In this document: piece after piece, positions 52,146 through 64,000 of the stretch
Position numbering within the stretch: the stretch's first letter is position 1
How the letters are laid out: the number at the start of each line of letters is the position of its first letter
DNA from: Takakia lepidozioides
Taxonomy: Eukaryota > Plantae > Bryophyta
Direction of reading: 5' to 3'
Assembly (NCBI GenBank): GCA_030704615.1
Contig: CM060732.1
Coordinates: 43,338,001 to 43,402,000 of the forward strand
DNA: 64,000 nt
Notes under the pieces: generated by a model
What the model was told of the DNA's origin: nothing
Database searches by the model: none
Seen by the model: the letters and a program-made list of their open reading frames with translations, nothing else
Program-made: the position numbers and the translations under genes

Positions 52146-52910
52146 ATGAGAAAGATGTATGGGTTCATCCACCGCTGGCGTGATGAACACGTTCCACCTC
52201 TGTCGGTGGGTACGTGTGACCCAGATGCTCCATTATTGGAGGCCGGACTGCTCTTCCGCTTCGTATCATTTCCAAAATCTAAGGGCTTCGTAGCTGTCCG
52301 CAAGGTCATCGGCATCCAAGTCGTCCTCAGGTCCTCCTTTGCAAGGATGCCGTGCTTCCGGAACCGGGACGACTGCCCCTTTGGAGGCATCGATTATGCA
52401 ATGTATTCGGCCACATCGGGAGACATTGTTATCTGGTACACAGATTACACAGAAGATACTGGTTCGATTGTGGAAACATTGGTGGCTTTTGAGTATATCG
52501 TAGGCCACTACGCCTTCGAGCGGGGTGACGATCTTGGTTTGAGGAGTCCGTGGCTCCTGCGCATCCTCGATTCCGATTTTCCCAGCTACGACGGTCACCC
52601 ATGCAGAAGAAGGCGCACTGCTATGCTGTTGCGGTGGAACTGCTGCCACTGGACGTGGGTGGACTCCATCGGAGAGACCTATTCTCCTCGAGGAGTGCGC
52701 TCCTCTTCTCCATTGTATGGGGACATTCGCATTGGTGTGGACGACGAAAATTTGAAGATTTCCATATTCGATGGTGGTATGATTGAAGGGCAGGACATTG
52801 TGGTGAACATCACTAGGGGCGGTACAACGGCTGCAATCGACTTTACATGGAGGAGCCCCAGGACTCATGAGCTAGTTCTGAGAGCAGTCGAAGTCCCATT
52901 GACAACGTGA
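52146..52910 (+). CDS. Orphan intronless ORF (about 250 aa) inside the MULE
   Basis: Open frame 52080-52910 with globular-looking composition. AATAAA at about 52994. No family recognised. Confidence 0.55.
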   Translation: MRKMYGFIHRWRDEHVPPLSVGTCDPDAPLLEAGLLFRFVSFPKSKGFVAVRKVIGIQVVLRSSFARMPCFRNRDDCPFGGIDYAMYSATSGDIVIWYTDYTEDTGSIVETLVAFEYIVGHYAFERGDDLGLRSPWLLRILDSDFPSYDGHPCRRRRTAMLLRWNCCHWTWVDSIGETYSPRGVRSSSPLYGDIRIGVDDENLKISIFDGGMIEGQDIVVNITRGGTTAAIDFTWRSPRTHELVLRAVEVPLTT

Positions 52911-53739
52911 CTTGTATTCAGTAGGCACAGGGCTCAAGATTTGAGGGCACAATCAGCACAGTAGACGTGCTTCAAATGCAATTCATGTGGATCAATAAAA
53001 ACCTCATTGTGCCCTCTTTTTATTCTATTCTGTGTCCATCGTTCCGAGAATGCGTCATTGCTCATTTCGTTTGGGATTGGGAGTGTGGGTGAATTTTGCA
53101 AATGGCTGGTAGGCTGAAATGGGCCCCCATTGTACAGAGCAGTACCACCCTACCATTCGCAAAACATTGCCTTTCAATATATAATTCTAAATAACATTGC
53201 CGAACCTCCTTCATCGGGAGGTCCTTCTCCCCCTATGACCGTGGCACCCTAAACCCTATTCCCGCGGACACTCATTTCCGGAAAATAGTGCTGCTCATGT
53301 TTTTTTCCACACTTACGACTCTGCTCATGGCTCATGCCGCTCATGGCTCATGGCTCATGAAATAGCAGCCCCCAATATTTGGTTGGATGGATGGAGGATG
53401 AATGTTTTTGGATGGATGAAGCCAGATTGGATGTGACCTGTGGATGAATGTTGCATGCATGGATGGTCCCATGGATGATGTCAGTGCGCAGTATCATGCA
53501 TTGGGGCGGGATGGCTAGGTTCATTGTCGGGGTTCAGGTGGGTCCCTACGGCTGACAAGGGTTGGGGTTTCTGTTTGGGGTTGCAGGGTAAATATGGATG
53601 AAGACGTGTTTCTGCGGTAATGGGTCCTCTTCCACGGAAATAGACGCCGCATCTTTCCCAAAATCATGCCACGTGTCCTGGGCTCACAGGCTCCTGGGCT
53701 CACACTCTAGCATCCCCCCAGGGGAAAATAGGCTGAAAT

Positions 53740-55270
53740 ACAGTGTTGAAGGTGCCTTCATTAGCAATGCCTTGTTCTATCAATTGTGCTGCTGCTGCTA
53801 CTTATGTTTCCAGTTGACCATCTACCCACGCAGATTTCTTGTAGCTATTGATCCACAGGGAATAGAAGTAATCTTATGTTTGAAACCTGGTCCTCTTGGA
53901 TGAATCTGGACCTCTATCCCTAGTCTTTCAGCTATCCCTGCCTGAGAGTCCTTCAGCTGACACCGACGGTGTGAAGTTCTTCCAGCAAACACCCCAACCC
54001 TAATGATGAGAGCGTAAAACAGACTACCAAAAGGTTGAAGAAGAAGGTGCGCTCACCACAATGTCCTTGACCTTGTGTCATGACGCATGAAGGATTTAAC
54101 CGACCATCAACCCAAAATGACCTCGTGTGTGTTGTTTGTGTCTGTAGTCAGGTAATGTCGGATTGGTCAACTGGATAAGTGTTCATTCCACTGCTTCTCC
54201 TCATTATGTTATCTATTTTTTGATACTTTCCTGCTGCCACATCGGCAGAAACTTGTCAAGTCACCCCAAACCACCACAGATCCACCCAACGAGCTAATTT
54301 ACAACATTCAATATGCATCTCAGGCCGAGTCTGATGAGAGGGCAAAACAGGTTGAAATAGGTGGAAGAAGAAGGTGCCCTCACCACATTGTCCTCAACCT
54401 TGTGTCATGATCCATGGAGGATTTGACTGACCGTGAATCCAAGAGGACCTCTTGTGTATGCTGCTTGTGTCTGTAGTCAGGTAATGTCGAATTGGTCTAT
54501 GAGAACCACCACGGTGCAGCTGAGCGGGCACAGATTGAAAAGCGGTCTGCTAAGACCTACAAGCTGACTCTCCCAAGAACCTTGTAAACATCAGGAAACA
54601 TACCAAATCATGGTACTAACAGGAGCCAAGAGCCCAGACCAGGTGATTCTGACAAAGTGTGCAAGAGAAACATACACTTCTGAGATGAAGATCATCATAT
54701 CATAATACACTAAAACTGTCAAATCAGGGTTGACATCTCCCACATACTTCCACCCAACTAACCAGCTAACTTGTAGAATTCAACATGGAAATTTAGGGCC
54801 AATTGTGATAAGAGCAAAAAACAGGGTGAAATGCGTTGAAGAAGGTGCATTGATTACCAGTACCTGATTTTATCAGTTGTGTTGTTGCTGCTGTGGCATC
54901 CAGTTGACCATCTATCCATGCAGGTTTCTTGTAGCTATTGATCCACAGGGAATCATAAGTAATCTTGTGCTTGAAATCTGGCCCTCTTGGATGAATCTGG
55001 ACCCACTCTCTATCCCTGCTCCTTCAGCTATCTCTGCCTCCGCACAAATTATGCACACATCCTTGCCTTGCTGCTAGCAGCTGACAATGACAGCCTAGAT
55101 TTGTTCTAGAAAACACCCTAACCCTACTTATCACACTAGTTCATATGCTGACTTGCGCTTCCAACAGGCTTTCACTTTTTTGCACCAAAGAGCTAACTTG
55201 CAGAATTCAACCTAAAAATTTAGGGACGACTATGATAACAGGGAAAACAGGCTGAAATGTGTTGAAGAAG
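53740..55270. repeat. Local imperfect duplications (53800-53940 vs 54890-55040; 54000-54170 vs 54330-54500)
   Basis: Shared CAGTTGACCATCTA...GTAGCTATTGATCCACAGGGAAT and GAAGAAGAAGGTGC...GTCTGTAGTCAGGTAATGTCG blocks. Confidence 0.75.
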
Positions 55271-55540
55271 GTGCTCATAGGTCTTCAAAGCCTCCATCCT
55301 GCGCCCTTGTTGTGCATATCCAGCAATCATCGCACTCCACGACACCACATCTCGTTCAGCCATACTATTGAACACTCCCTTTGCATCCTCGATGCACCCA
55401 CATTTTGCATACATGTCCACGAGAGACTGTTCAGAATGACATCGGGTACAATTCCTGCTCTGACAAGTCACTATGGACCTCTTTGCCCGTTTCCAGGCTT
55501 GGATTGACATGCACTTACTTTTTTTTATCGAACTTTGCTT
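55270..55540 (-). pseudogene. PLS-class pentatricopeptide repeat (PPR) gene fragment
   Basis: SLVDMYAKCGCIEDAKGVFNSMAERDVVSWSAMIAGYAQQGRRMEALKTYE. Confidence 0.8.
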
Positions 55541-56479
55541 TCTATGTATCTTAATACCAGGTTCCAAGGACGAGTCTTTCATTTAAATACTTGTCCGATG
55601 CAATGACTATACTTCCATAATATTAGGTTCTTCATTTTTATTTTGCTTAGTACTACCTTACTAACAACACTAAGTTGCAGCGAGTGCGAGTCTTCCGGCA
55701 TGTATGCTCACCATTTCTGCCTTCAACCCAAACCCTAAACCCTCGTCAGGAACCCTGAACAAAACCCTACGCCATTGTTATGTCTAAACCCTTACCCTTC
55801 CCTTGCAAATGGGAATGAAGTATCCATACCATAACCATATGTATCTTAATACTAGGTTCCAAGGACGAATCCTCAATCTAAATACTTCTCCGGCCCAATT
55901 ACTTTCTCATAATATTTGTTTCTCCATTTTATTTATTTATTTTTTATCCTTCTAACACACACCAAGTTCTAGCGACTGTGAGTCTTCTATATTTGTTTGT
56001 CCAATAGTGTTCTTAGACCCAAACCGAAAACCCTACCTTTACCATCACCCCTAAACCATTAATCTTATCATAAACCAATAACTTTAGTGTACTACCCTAG
56101 TTACACTCCAAACCTTATTGTACTACCATGTTACATCTTCTCAATGTTTCATGCTCTTTTAATATTTTCTTTTGTTGGATAAGGTATGATAGAATGATTA
56201 CAGGGATATCAAATTCCTCAACCATTTCTTAATTCTACCGAGTGTGAGTCCATCATATTTGTTTGTCTTTTTGTACCCTAAATCCAAACCCTCTTGGCTT
56301 TCCATCACTTTGCTACCCAATTCCACTCTCTAGGGCTCACTACTCAACCCTGCAAATCCACAGTTTGGTCACCCTCTGACTTGCCTTTAGATTTTGTGCC
56401 CCCTACCGACTTTCTAGCACCATCTGAGGGTATTAGTATGTTTCCACGTCCCAATGAACAGCTCATTTCCATTTCCTTC

Positions 56480-58800
56480 CACGACAACATAACTCTTTCT
56501 ATGGTTTGCAAAATGACCCTCATAGCGAAAGGTGTCCACCTTCCTAGCGGAAGGCAGTAACCCTTCCGGGTGAAGAGACACCATAATTTACGCTTCCTTT
56601 GGGAGGTGTCATATATTATATTTTTATATATATATTCCGCTCATAGCGGGAATTCAACACAACCCAATCCTCAATTTCTCTACCTGACAAAGATTATACA
56701 ACATCACATCTATGGTGCCCTGCCAAAACACTGTTCTCAAAGTTTCTTTGCTAAGACCTTCCCCAATGACGAGTTTGCAACAACCAAGCAATCAAGTAGG
56801 AGGCTCCTAAAGAGACTGGGAGTCTACAAGGGTTTATCCCCCCACCATACAATGAGGAGTGAATGGAATAGCTGTATATAGAACACAATGTATGCCATAT
56901 AAAGTGCCTAAACTTTGCAGTCTTCTCTGTTTTTTAGGCTGATGCAGAGAGGAAAGAGGGATTGCAATTGGCCGTAGTGTGGGCAACCTGAAGACAAAAT
57001 TCATTTTCGGGTTCATTGTCGTGGGTACTCTCACGAGAGAGACGTCCTCTTCAAATCCATGAAGGGAATTGTGCCTGAACGTCTGTTTACCAACTTTGAA
57101 AGTCTCGAGGCTGAGCGAAACGCCCAGGTCCTGTTGGAGTTTTCCAGATATCCTCTAGAAATCCCTTCACACAAGCATCAATCTGTTGTGTGTGGTTTGC
57201 CCAATAACTAGTCTCGGGTTAAGTTTGTTCCAAGGTAAGTCATACTACCGGCATCAGCCCCTCACAAAAGTTTCTGTCCCTTTGTGTTCCACTCAAACTG
57301 AGCGCGGGGTCGAGGGCTGCAAGGCTATAGCACACAACGTCTTACGAGTTCATTCTGTTTTTTATACTGCCAGCTTTACTGTAACTGTGAAAGCATGCCA
57401 TCCGAGAAGTTATGTAGATTTGTGCACACATGCACCATCCGCAGAAAAGTATAACTTGTGACTGAAGCTTTACCATGTGGAAAAGGTTCCGTGTTTGTGC
57501 TTGGGAATGCACGTGGGGTCCCACACAATTCCAACTCCAGTATCAAGTCAAGAATCAACTACTCTTGCTCTACTCTAAAGAGTGAATCAGAATCTGGGGT
57601 TTTTGGGACATGAGATGAGATTTTCAGCTGTAGTTAACAAGTTTGCTGGGTTGTTGATGGAGAGAAGTATGAGGGTGATAGTCCAAGAACTTGGAGAAGG
57701 GGTTTGCTGCTGCCGTTTAGATCTTCCCTTTCTCCCATCATTTGTCTTCAATTGCTCTCTTGTACTCAAACTACTCTCTAAGCCCATTGCCTTTTGTGCT
57801 GCAAATGGCAAGATGATGTCTTTGCCAGAGATGTCCTCCCCTTCTTCTAGTAACACAGGTATGGGGCGGTGGATCAAGAAATGATGGGCAACTCCTTCAT
57901 CCTCTCTTTTCCCTCCAACTTTCTTCGGCATCAACAATAAGTCCTTCTCACTGCCAGTTGAGTAGGATGGTCCGGCTAGACCCTTGGCGATGCCATTCCT
58001 AGTGTCCGGAACCTCCACTGACAAATTCTGTTGTTGCCGCTGCTTAAATTGACGATGGACTTCTGAAAGAGACAAAGGTAACCCCACCTCTTCCTCATCA
58101 ATTTTTTGACACCTTTGTTCAGCAGTGTTAGGGCCAACTGACTCTAAAGGATCCAAATTGCTATTGCTTGCTGATGTTTTTGGGACTATCTCTGGACTGA
58201 CATTGTCTCCCCCTTGACAACTCTCAAGCATTACAATCTCTTCCCATTTCTCAGGCCCCCTGTCTCTCACTTGCATTCAAAGAAGGCAGTTGGCCGCCCT
58301 TGGAGGTGTGTTTTCAATAAGTTTCATTTGTTTGACAGTTTCCATAGTAACACAGGTGTCAATGGAAGTGATGTGAGCCATGAGCAGGTCATTATTGACT
58401 GTAGACATAGCATTAAATTGGAGTCCTAGTGACGCTCGGATTTGCTCTGCCTTCATCTTTGCCTCCATCTGCAACACAAGTAAGGTGGGTCTCACTTTGA
58501 TGTATCTTCTTCAGTGTCTCCTATAGGTTGGGAGGGTGTACCCTCATCCACTCCCTCTTTGGACAAAAATATGTGCCACATGGTCTACTTGTAGAGTTGA
58601 ATACAAGAAACACATCCAATCTAGTGAGGTTGCCTTGGTTGTTCCAATGACAGAGCCACTAGCACCCATCCAACTGCCCTCATAAGATCTCACACAGCAC
58701 TCGTCAACGAGAAAACCTTTCAAGAAATGCCTTCCACTCTGTTAGAACATCGAAAGGGAGGAGCAGTGGTGACAAACACACCAACCAAACACGGAGCGCA
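56480..58800 (-). mobile_element. Highly degenerate LINE-like remnant (tentative)
   Basis: Broken low-complexity ORF1-like frames (57587-58495) and weak endonuclease/RT-linker-like segments. No clean catalytic motif was read. Confidence 0.35.
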
Positions 58801-58949
58801 CCATCTTACAAAACAATAGAGTACTATACACAATCCAACACATTTATACAAAGAATCATCAGTTTCCAGCTCGTTGACCAGCTTTAGTTATGCACTAGCA
58901 CCCAGTTAAAAAGCTCTAAACTAGTCATGGGTTGAAGAAACAGGCCTAC

Positions 58950-59201
58950 CTACACTGGTGGGGGGCCAACAATTAAAACCATGTACACAAATAGCCCAAC
59001 AATTATGCCTACTCCAGCAACAATAAACCTTGGGTCTGTCCAGACATTCAGTGCTGACCGCTCTGATCTCCACAATGGATCAATTTCCTCTGATAGGGAA
59101 ACATTCGTGAGGTTGTGGAATGATATGGCCGATCTTCTCCCTCCATTATGCTTCCAATTGTATAATATGTGTGCTCTCTTTGGCAATTTTATGGAGCTCA
59201 T
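58950..59201 (-). other. Short ORF or gene fragment ending in a transmembrane helix
   Basis: DPLWRSERSALNVWTDPRFIVAGVGIIVGLFVYMVLIVGPPPV looks like a real membrane-protein C-terminus. Family not recognised. Confidence 0.3.
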
Positions 59202-59694
59202 GCATCATTGGTCCTGTGGATGACTACATGTGCTTCTTTCCAATGTTATCCGAATTGTCAATGTTATTTGGGGAGGGCGGGGTGTTCCTATGTCGTCATG
59301 TATGCCACTGAAGTTGTGAGGTTAGTTTGTCGTCCTTGTTATTGTAATTGTAAAAATTACAGTATTAATTGCAGATTATTGTGGAATGGACGCCACAGTT
59401 GTAGGCTTATTTCCTGTTCGGGTGTTTCATGGTAGTCTTCATGTTATTCACCAAATGATTGCCCAAGTTAATCCCATGGTCATAGGACCCTAGAGAATAG
59501 GCTCCTTATGTTTCTGCTGACGTGACGGATGCTGACGTGACGCCCCCTCAGCACCCAACTCTATGTCAGCCTGCTGACATCAGGCTCACGCCACGTCAGC
59601 ATGACTGTGGGCTCACGCCACCTCTGTAGCCGTGAGCGTACGCTCACGTGCTCGGCTCACGCCGTTGCGTCGTTGCAAGCTCCTCACTGATCTC

Positions 59695-62038
59695 TAGATG
59701 CTTTCCTGTAAACTTGTCTGACTCCATCAACCACTTCAATGGTTGGTGATCCGTGACAAGGGTGAAGAGATTGCCATAAAGATAACATCTAAAATGTGCC
59801 ATTGCCCATACTGCAGCTAGACACTCCCCTTCATATGAACTATACTTCGTCTCGGCATCATTGTTCGAGCGGCTAACATATGCCACTACGAGCTCTCTTC
59901 CCTCATCATCCACCTGTGTGAGCAGTGCTCCAATCCCCAGCATACTCCAATTTGTATGTAGCTGGAAAGGCCACCCCCGAATAGGCCGCCTCAGAATAAA
60001 CGCAGAAGTCAATCGAGCCTTGAGTTCCTCAAAGGCTTCTTCCTGCTCCTCCTCCCACTACCACTCCTGACCTTTACATCTATGGGGCGTGGAATGCGTG
60101 CAACGGCCTCCACATTTGTCTGTTGAACACCCAATCCTCCAGGATATATCATGTGGCCCAGATACTCAATCTGATCCTGGAAGAACTTGCACTTTCCAGG
60201 GTGCAGTTTCAATCCATGCGCCCTCAAGCGCTCAAACGCCACCTGAAGGTGTCTCTCATTGTCCTCAACCGTGACACTAAATATGATGATATCATCAATG
60301 TAGCACCGAGCGAAGTCTAGCCCTGCCAGAATCCTATCCATGACCCTCTGAAACTTTGCAAGGGCATTCTTCAACCCAAATGGTAAGAAGCGCCATTAAA
60401 ACAAACAATCCTTCCCATGCTGGTCAATCCCCCAGATTGCCGTCTTTTGCTTGTCAGCCTCTTTGATTGGCAACTGGTGGTAACCGGATCACAAGTCCAA
60501 TGTGCTAAACACCTTTGCATGCCCAATGGCATCAAAGATTTCATCTGGAGTTGGCATGGCATATTTATCGGACTTAGTCTGACGATTCACAGGACGACAG
60601 TCCCCACACATCCTTCTTTCTGTCCAATTGCCATAGATATCCTTCTTAGCTGGCATCACCGTTGCCGAGGCATACTCCCCGCCTGACAACTCCACCAATC
60701 CAGCTTCGAACAACTCCATAGTCCGTGACTGGATCAAAGACCTCTCCATGTCACTATACCTGTAGGGCATTTGAAAAAATTGGCGTATCACTTGCCAAAT
60801 CAATACGAATCTCCTTGCCCTTCAAACTCCCCAAATCCTTCAAACCGAAGGCAAAGCAATTTCTGTAAGCCCTTAGAAATCGCTGGGTCCTCCGTCTCTC
60901 TCTCCTCCGGTGACTATAGGTCCAACATCTGGTTCCAATTGTCCTCAGTGGCTGCAACCTTGGGTACACCAGACTTGGAGGTAGGAGACGCTCCTTTGGT
61001 TGCTAGATAACAACATCTTGGGCCTTGTCCGCCCACCCTGACTGTGGTGTAGCCTCCACTTGCTCTGCCATAGCCACCTTGAGAACATCCTCTATGCAAG
61101 AAACATCCTCAACCTCTTCAAAAACCTTAGCCACCTTGGCCTCCAACTGATCCTCAGTGTATGACTCTCCTCACTCCTCATATTGCTGCTTGAGAGATCC
61201 AATGACACTATCTTTGTGCATCTCATCCCACATGGGTGTTTGCACCCCACGATCCTGTGCTCGCCCCCACTCACTGCCTCCACCATCCCGGTTGGCAGAG
61301 ATGGTGCAATATCCAATGGAAGTGGAGAAGTAGCCACCAATGCTTGCAATCTCCGTTGCTCAGCCATGCACAAGTCAATGACCCATGTCAAGCTATTAAG
61401 ATCCATTGCTTGACGCAACACCTGGCGTCGTGATGCCTCTGACAGAGCTGGCATAGCTGTAGTGCCCGTGGCAAACCCTATTGCCCGCTCTCGCTCATCC
61501 GCACTAGGCTCCACCAATTGCTGTAGCACATTGTCCCAAATCAACCCTGGACCATTGTCTCAAAAATCATGAGACGAGAGAAAACTCATGAGTGTAGGCA
61601 AGGCCGCACGTGGTTGCCCCACTCGATTGACCACCGCCAAAGGTGGACGATCATCGTGTCGCACTCTTTGTGGTTGCCTCCCTTGGTCCAAAATGCCCTC
61701 AACCGTGAGGTTGGGGGTGGCCGTTGAATGGAATCATGGGCTCTCTTGAGCGACTCTGGTGGTGCAAGACTGGTCCACCACAACCTAGGCCTATGTGCCC
61801 GTAAACCCACTGTAGCTGCATCCAACAATACAGCTGGTCCAATCCATGACCAGATCTGATGTACACTGGCCATAACCCTGGCCCGAGAATCCCCCATGAG
61901 AGGAATATTCTCCAGGATGTAAGCTGGAGGTTGCACTTGCCTCACCTGCAAGTCAAGCAACACTCGCAATTTCTCCCAAAACAGATGCGATCGTGCGTCA
62001 TGCAAACCATTACCATGACCTGCGGGTCAAGCAACACT
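59695..62038 (-). mobile_element. Second degenerate copy of the C5-MTase-bearing Ty3/Gypsy pol (MTase-RT-RNase H)
   Basis: AGHGNGLHDARSHLFWE, YILENIP, AHRPRLWW and EPSADERERAIGF..SRRQVLRQAMD. RT has YIDD. RNase H is near-identical in sequence to 28943-29266. Confidence 0.9.
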
Positions 62039-64000
62039 CACTACAACAGATGAGCATTTTTATGACTTCACATATGACTATTTTTTCAGTCTTATATGCG
62101 TTCGTCACTACATCACTCTGTAGTAAAAGCCCTGTCATAGTGACTAGTCTTTAGGACTGCGTTTTGCAAGTCATATCCATGACTGCTTGCGTGGCACCTG
62201 GAGTCCTGCTGCAGAGAGGGTTGCAGTCACAACTATATGACTAATATATGACTACATTGTCTGTTGAGTGCTGCCTACATGGAGAGGCTTTAGCGGGACA
62301 CGTGCGCCACTGCACAAGCGACACGTCATGCATTCGTCAGGGGATCATATGACTATATGTCTGCAAAGTGATGCCTACATGGAGAGGCGACGGATGGACA
62401 CGTGCGCCACTGCGAATTTGACATGTCACGACTTCTTGCCATGATCATATGACTACATGTCTGCACAGTGATGCCTACATGGAGAGGCGCTAGCGAGACA
62501 CGTGTGCTATGGCAGATTTCACACGTGGTGACTACATGACTCGCTCATATGACTACAGGGATGTCTACATGGAGAGATATTAGCGGGACACCTGTTGCAC
62601 TTGAGATGTGACATGTGGCACACAGACAAAATATATGACTAGCATATATGACTACGAATCTTTACACGTGGTGAAAATATGGATAAAGAATGTCGTGTCA
62701 TATACTGCCACGTGTTCTGGTTTGAGCAAGAGTGATGCCACGTGTCATCAAGATTGTTTTCCGAAATAGTTTATATTTTTAATGTTCATATTTTAATTTT
62801 TAGTTTTCATTTAATATTTAAAAGAACAGGGAGATTGCAGTTTTGGAATTTTTTTAATTGGTATTATTTTTAATATTATTATTTAAAATGAAAGTGAATT
62901 AAATGATTTAAAATCTTCATTACATGGTGAAATTCCAACATGAAAACAGAATGGATCCCTCCTGCATATTATCAACCACAAGGAGAATGAAAATAGTCAA
63001 GTACAGGGCAATACAAGCCCTATAAATCACATTACAAAAATCCAAATGAGACCAATATCCCAATGGACACCTCAAAAGCCACAAGGTCAAAAAATCCATG
63101 CCTCAAAAGGCCCAGCCAAAAACAAGCAAGCCCACACATGGGCTGAATTGTTGTAGCTAGTATGTTCTAGTGCTATTAGAATCAAGAACTCTGTTAAACA
63201 GTGCAATATTGACTATCCCTTCCGCAGCTCCATAAGTTTCAGTAACTTTAGACTCCAAAGTGTTGTCTGGCCAACCACCTGCCCCAACTCGGTTTGTTTC
63301 CTAACACCATTCACATATGGTAGAGGGGTGTTACTGACACATGCCTCTTTGATGTACACACAGGCATAATCAAGGGGCACAGCAGGGTACCCGTAACCCA
63401 CCACAGCACCTTGAAGAGCAACAATCAGCCCTACTCCACATTTCTTGCGTTTGGAGTTCACATCCAACAACCGAACCTCGTCACCCACCCTGAACTGTGA
63501 TCCCAAATCCACACAAAAAAGAACACGATGTGAAAACCCATGACATACACACGACTAGGACACTCAACATTTGCGAGTTAAAGAGAGCCCCAAGGTTGGA
63601 AAAAATATAACAGACAAGACAACGGCCTGGACTTACTCCATTTGCAGTCTCCAGTGGTGGTGAGACCTCTTTTGGGGGGCTACTCGCCGGGTCGACACTC
63701 TTGCCCCTCGTCTGTACCGGCTTGTCGACAATATCACCTTTATTTGTCACAAGTTCCTGTGTCACAGACCAGAGATCAACCAGGAAAGCAATGAGCAAAC
63801 AGGAATAGTGAATAGAAACAAAATCCAAGTATGAATCAAACAAAAAAAACCAACATGAAAAGCTGCAAAGAAAACCTAGCATTAATCAAGCAACCGAGGA
63901 GAAGCATCCAGGAAAGCAATGCAATGAATGAACCCACAAAAATGTAGCCTCTGGAGCACTGTCAGAATGTTTGTACCTTCACAGTAGCAGTGTTGTATGC
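62039..64000 (-). mobile_element. CACTA/En-Spm transposon end, inserted into the Ty3 MTase; continues beyond the window
   Basis: Terminus CACTACAACAGA at 62039. Subterminal ATATGACTA and CCTACATGGAGAG...ACACGTG repeats to about 62700. Tnp1/TnpA-like C-terminal exon at 63213-63500 (RVGDEVRLL...VPLDYACVYI..TPLPY...ELGQVVGQTTLWS). Confidence 0.82.

Larger units (their letters stand above)
38490..53371. mobile_element. Full-length 14.9-kb Mutator-like (MULE) DNA transposon with ParB-methyltransferase cargo
   Basis: 9-bp TSD CCAATATTT at 38481-38489 and 53372-53380. Ends are GGGAGGTTTACTATTTCATGAG and CTCATGAAATAGCAGCCC (imperfect TIR), with inverted CATGAGC subterminal repeats. Contains a DDE transposase. 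Confidence 0.9.

Noticed and set aside
55720-56295. Interstitial telomeric repeats (AAACCCT)
   Set aside because: Scattered single motifs within a local duplication, not a tandem array.
56294-56440. Non-LTR RT C-terminal fragment (GLTTQPCKSTVWSP)
   Set aside because: Too short for a confident call.

Overview
Eukaryotic land-plant DNA, probably a non-seed plant (inferred from gene and TE content), dominated by transposable elements, with a 500-N gap at 20490-20989. Host genes: the 5' part of an intron-rich coatomer beta' gene (minus strand, runs off the left edge), an F-box/LRR gene, an intronless UreD and a PPR fragment. The main object is a 14.9-kb Mutator-like DNA transposon (38490-53371; imperfect TIRs, 9-bp TSD CCAATATTT). 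It carries (i) a GCM-like/MULE-DDE/SWIM transposase, (ii) a divergently transcribed, spliced gene fusing a ParB/Srx-like domain to a prokaryote-type beta-class N4C/N6A DNA methyltransferase fold, (iii) an orphan ORF, and (iv) roughly 50 copies of the palindrome GGAAATGCGG-NN-CCGCATTTCC in its non-coding parts. A decayed relative at about 10.1-15 kb has the same gene pair but a different palindrome (TTAAGATGTCGT-NN-ACGACATCTTAA). This suggests a ParB/parS-like self-recognition and methylation module that diversifies between subfamilies (inference). Separately, two Ty3/Gypsy retrotransposon copies carry a C5-cytosine methyltransferase domain upstream of RT. CACTA, hAT-MITE and LINE remnants fill much of the rest. 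All assignments come from motif reading by eye; no searches were run.
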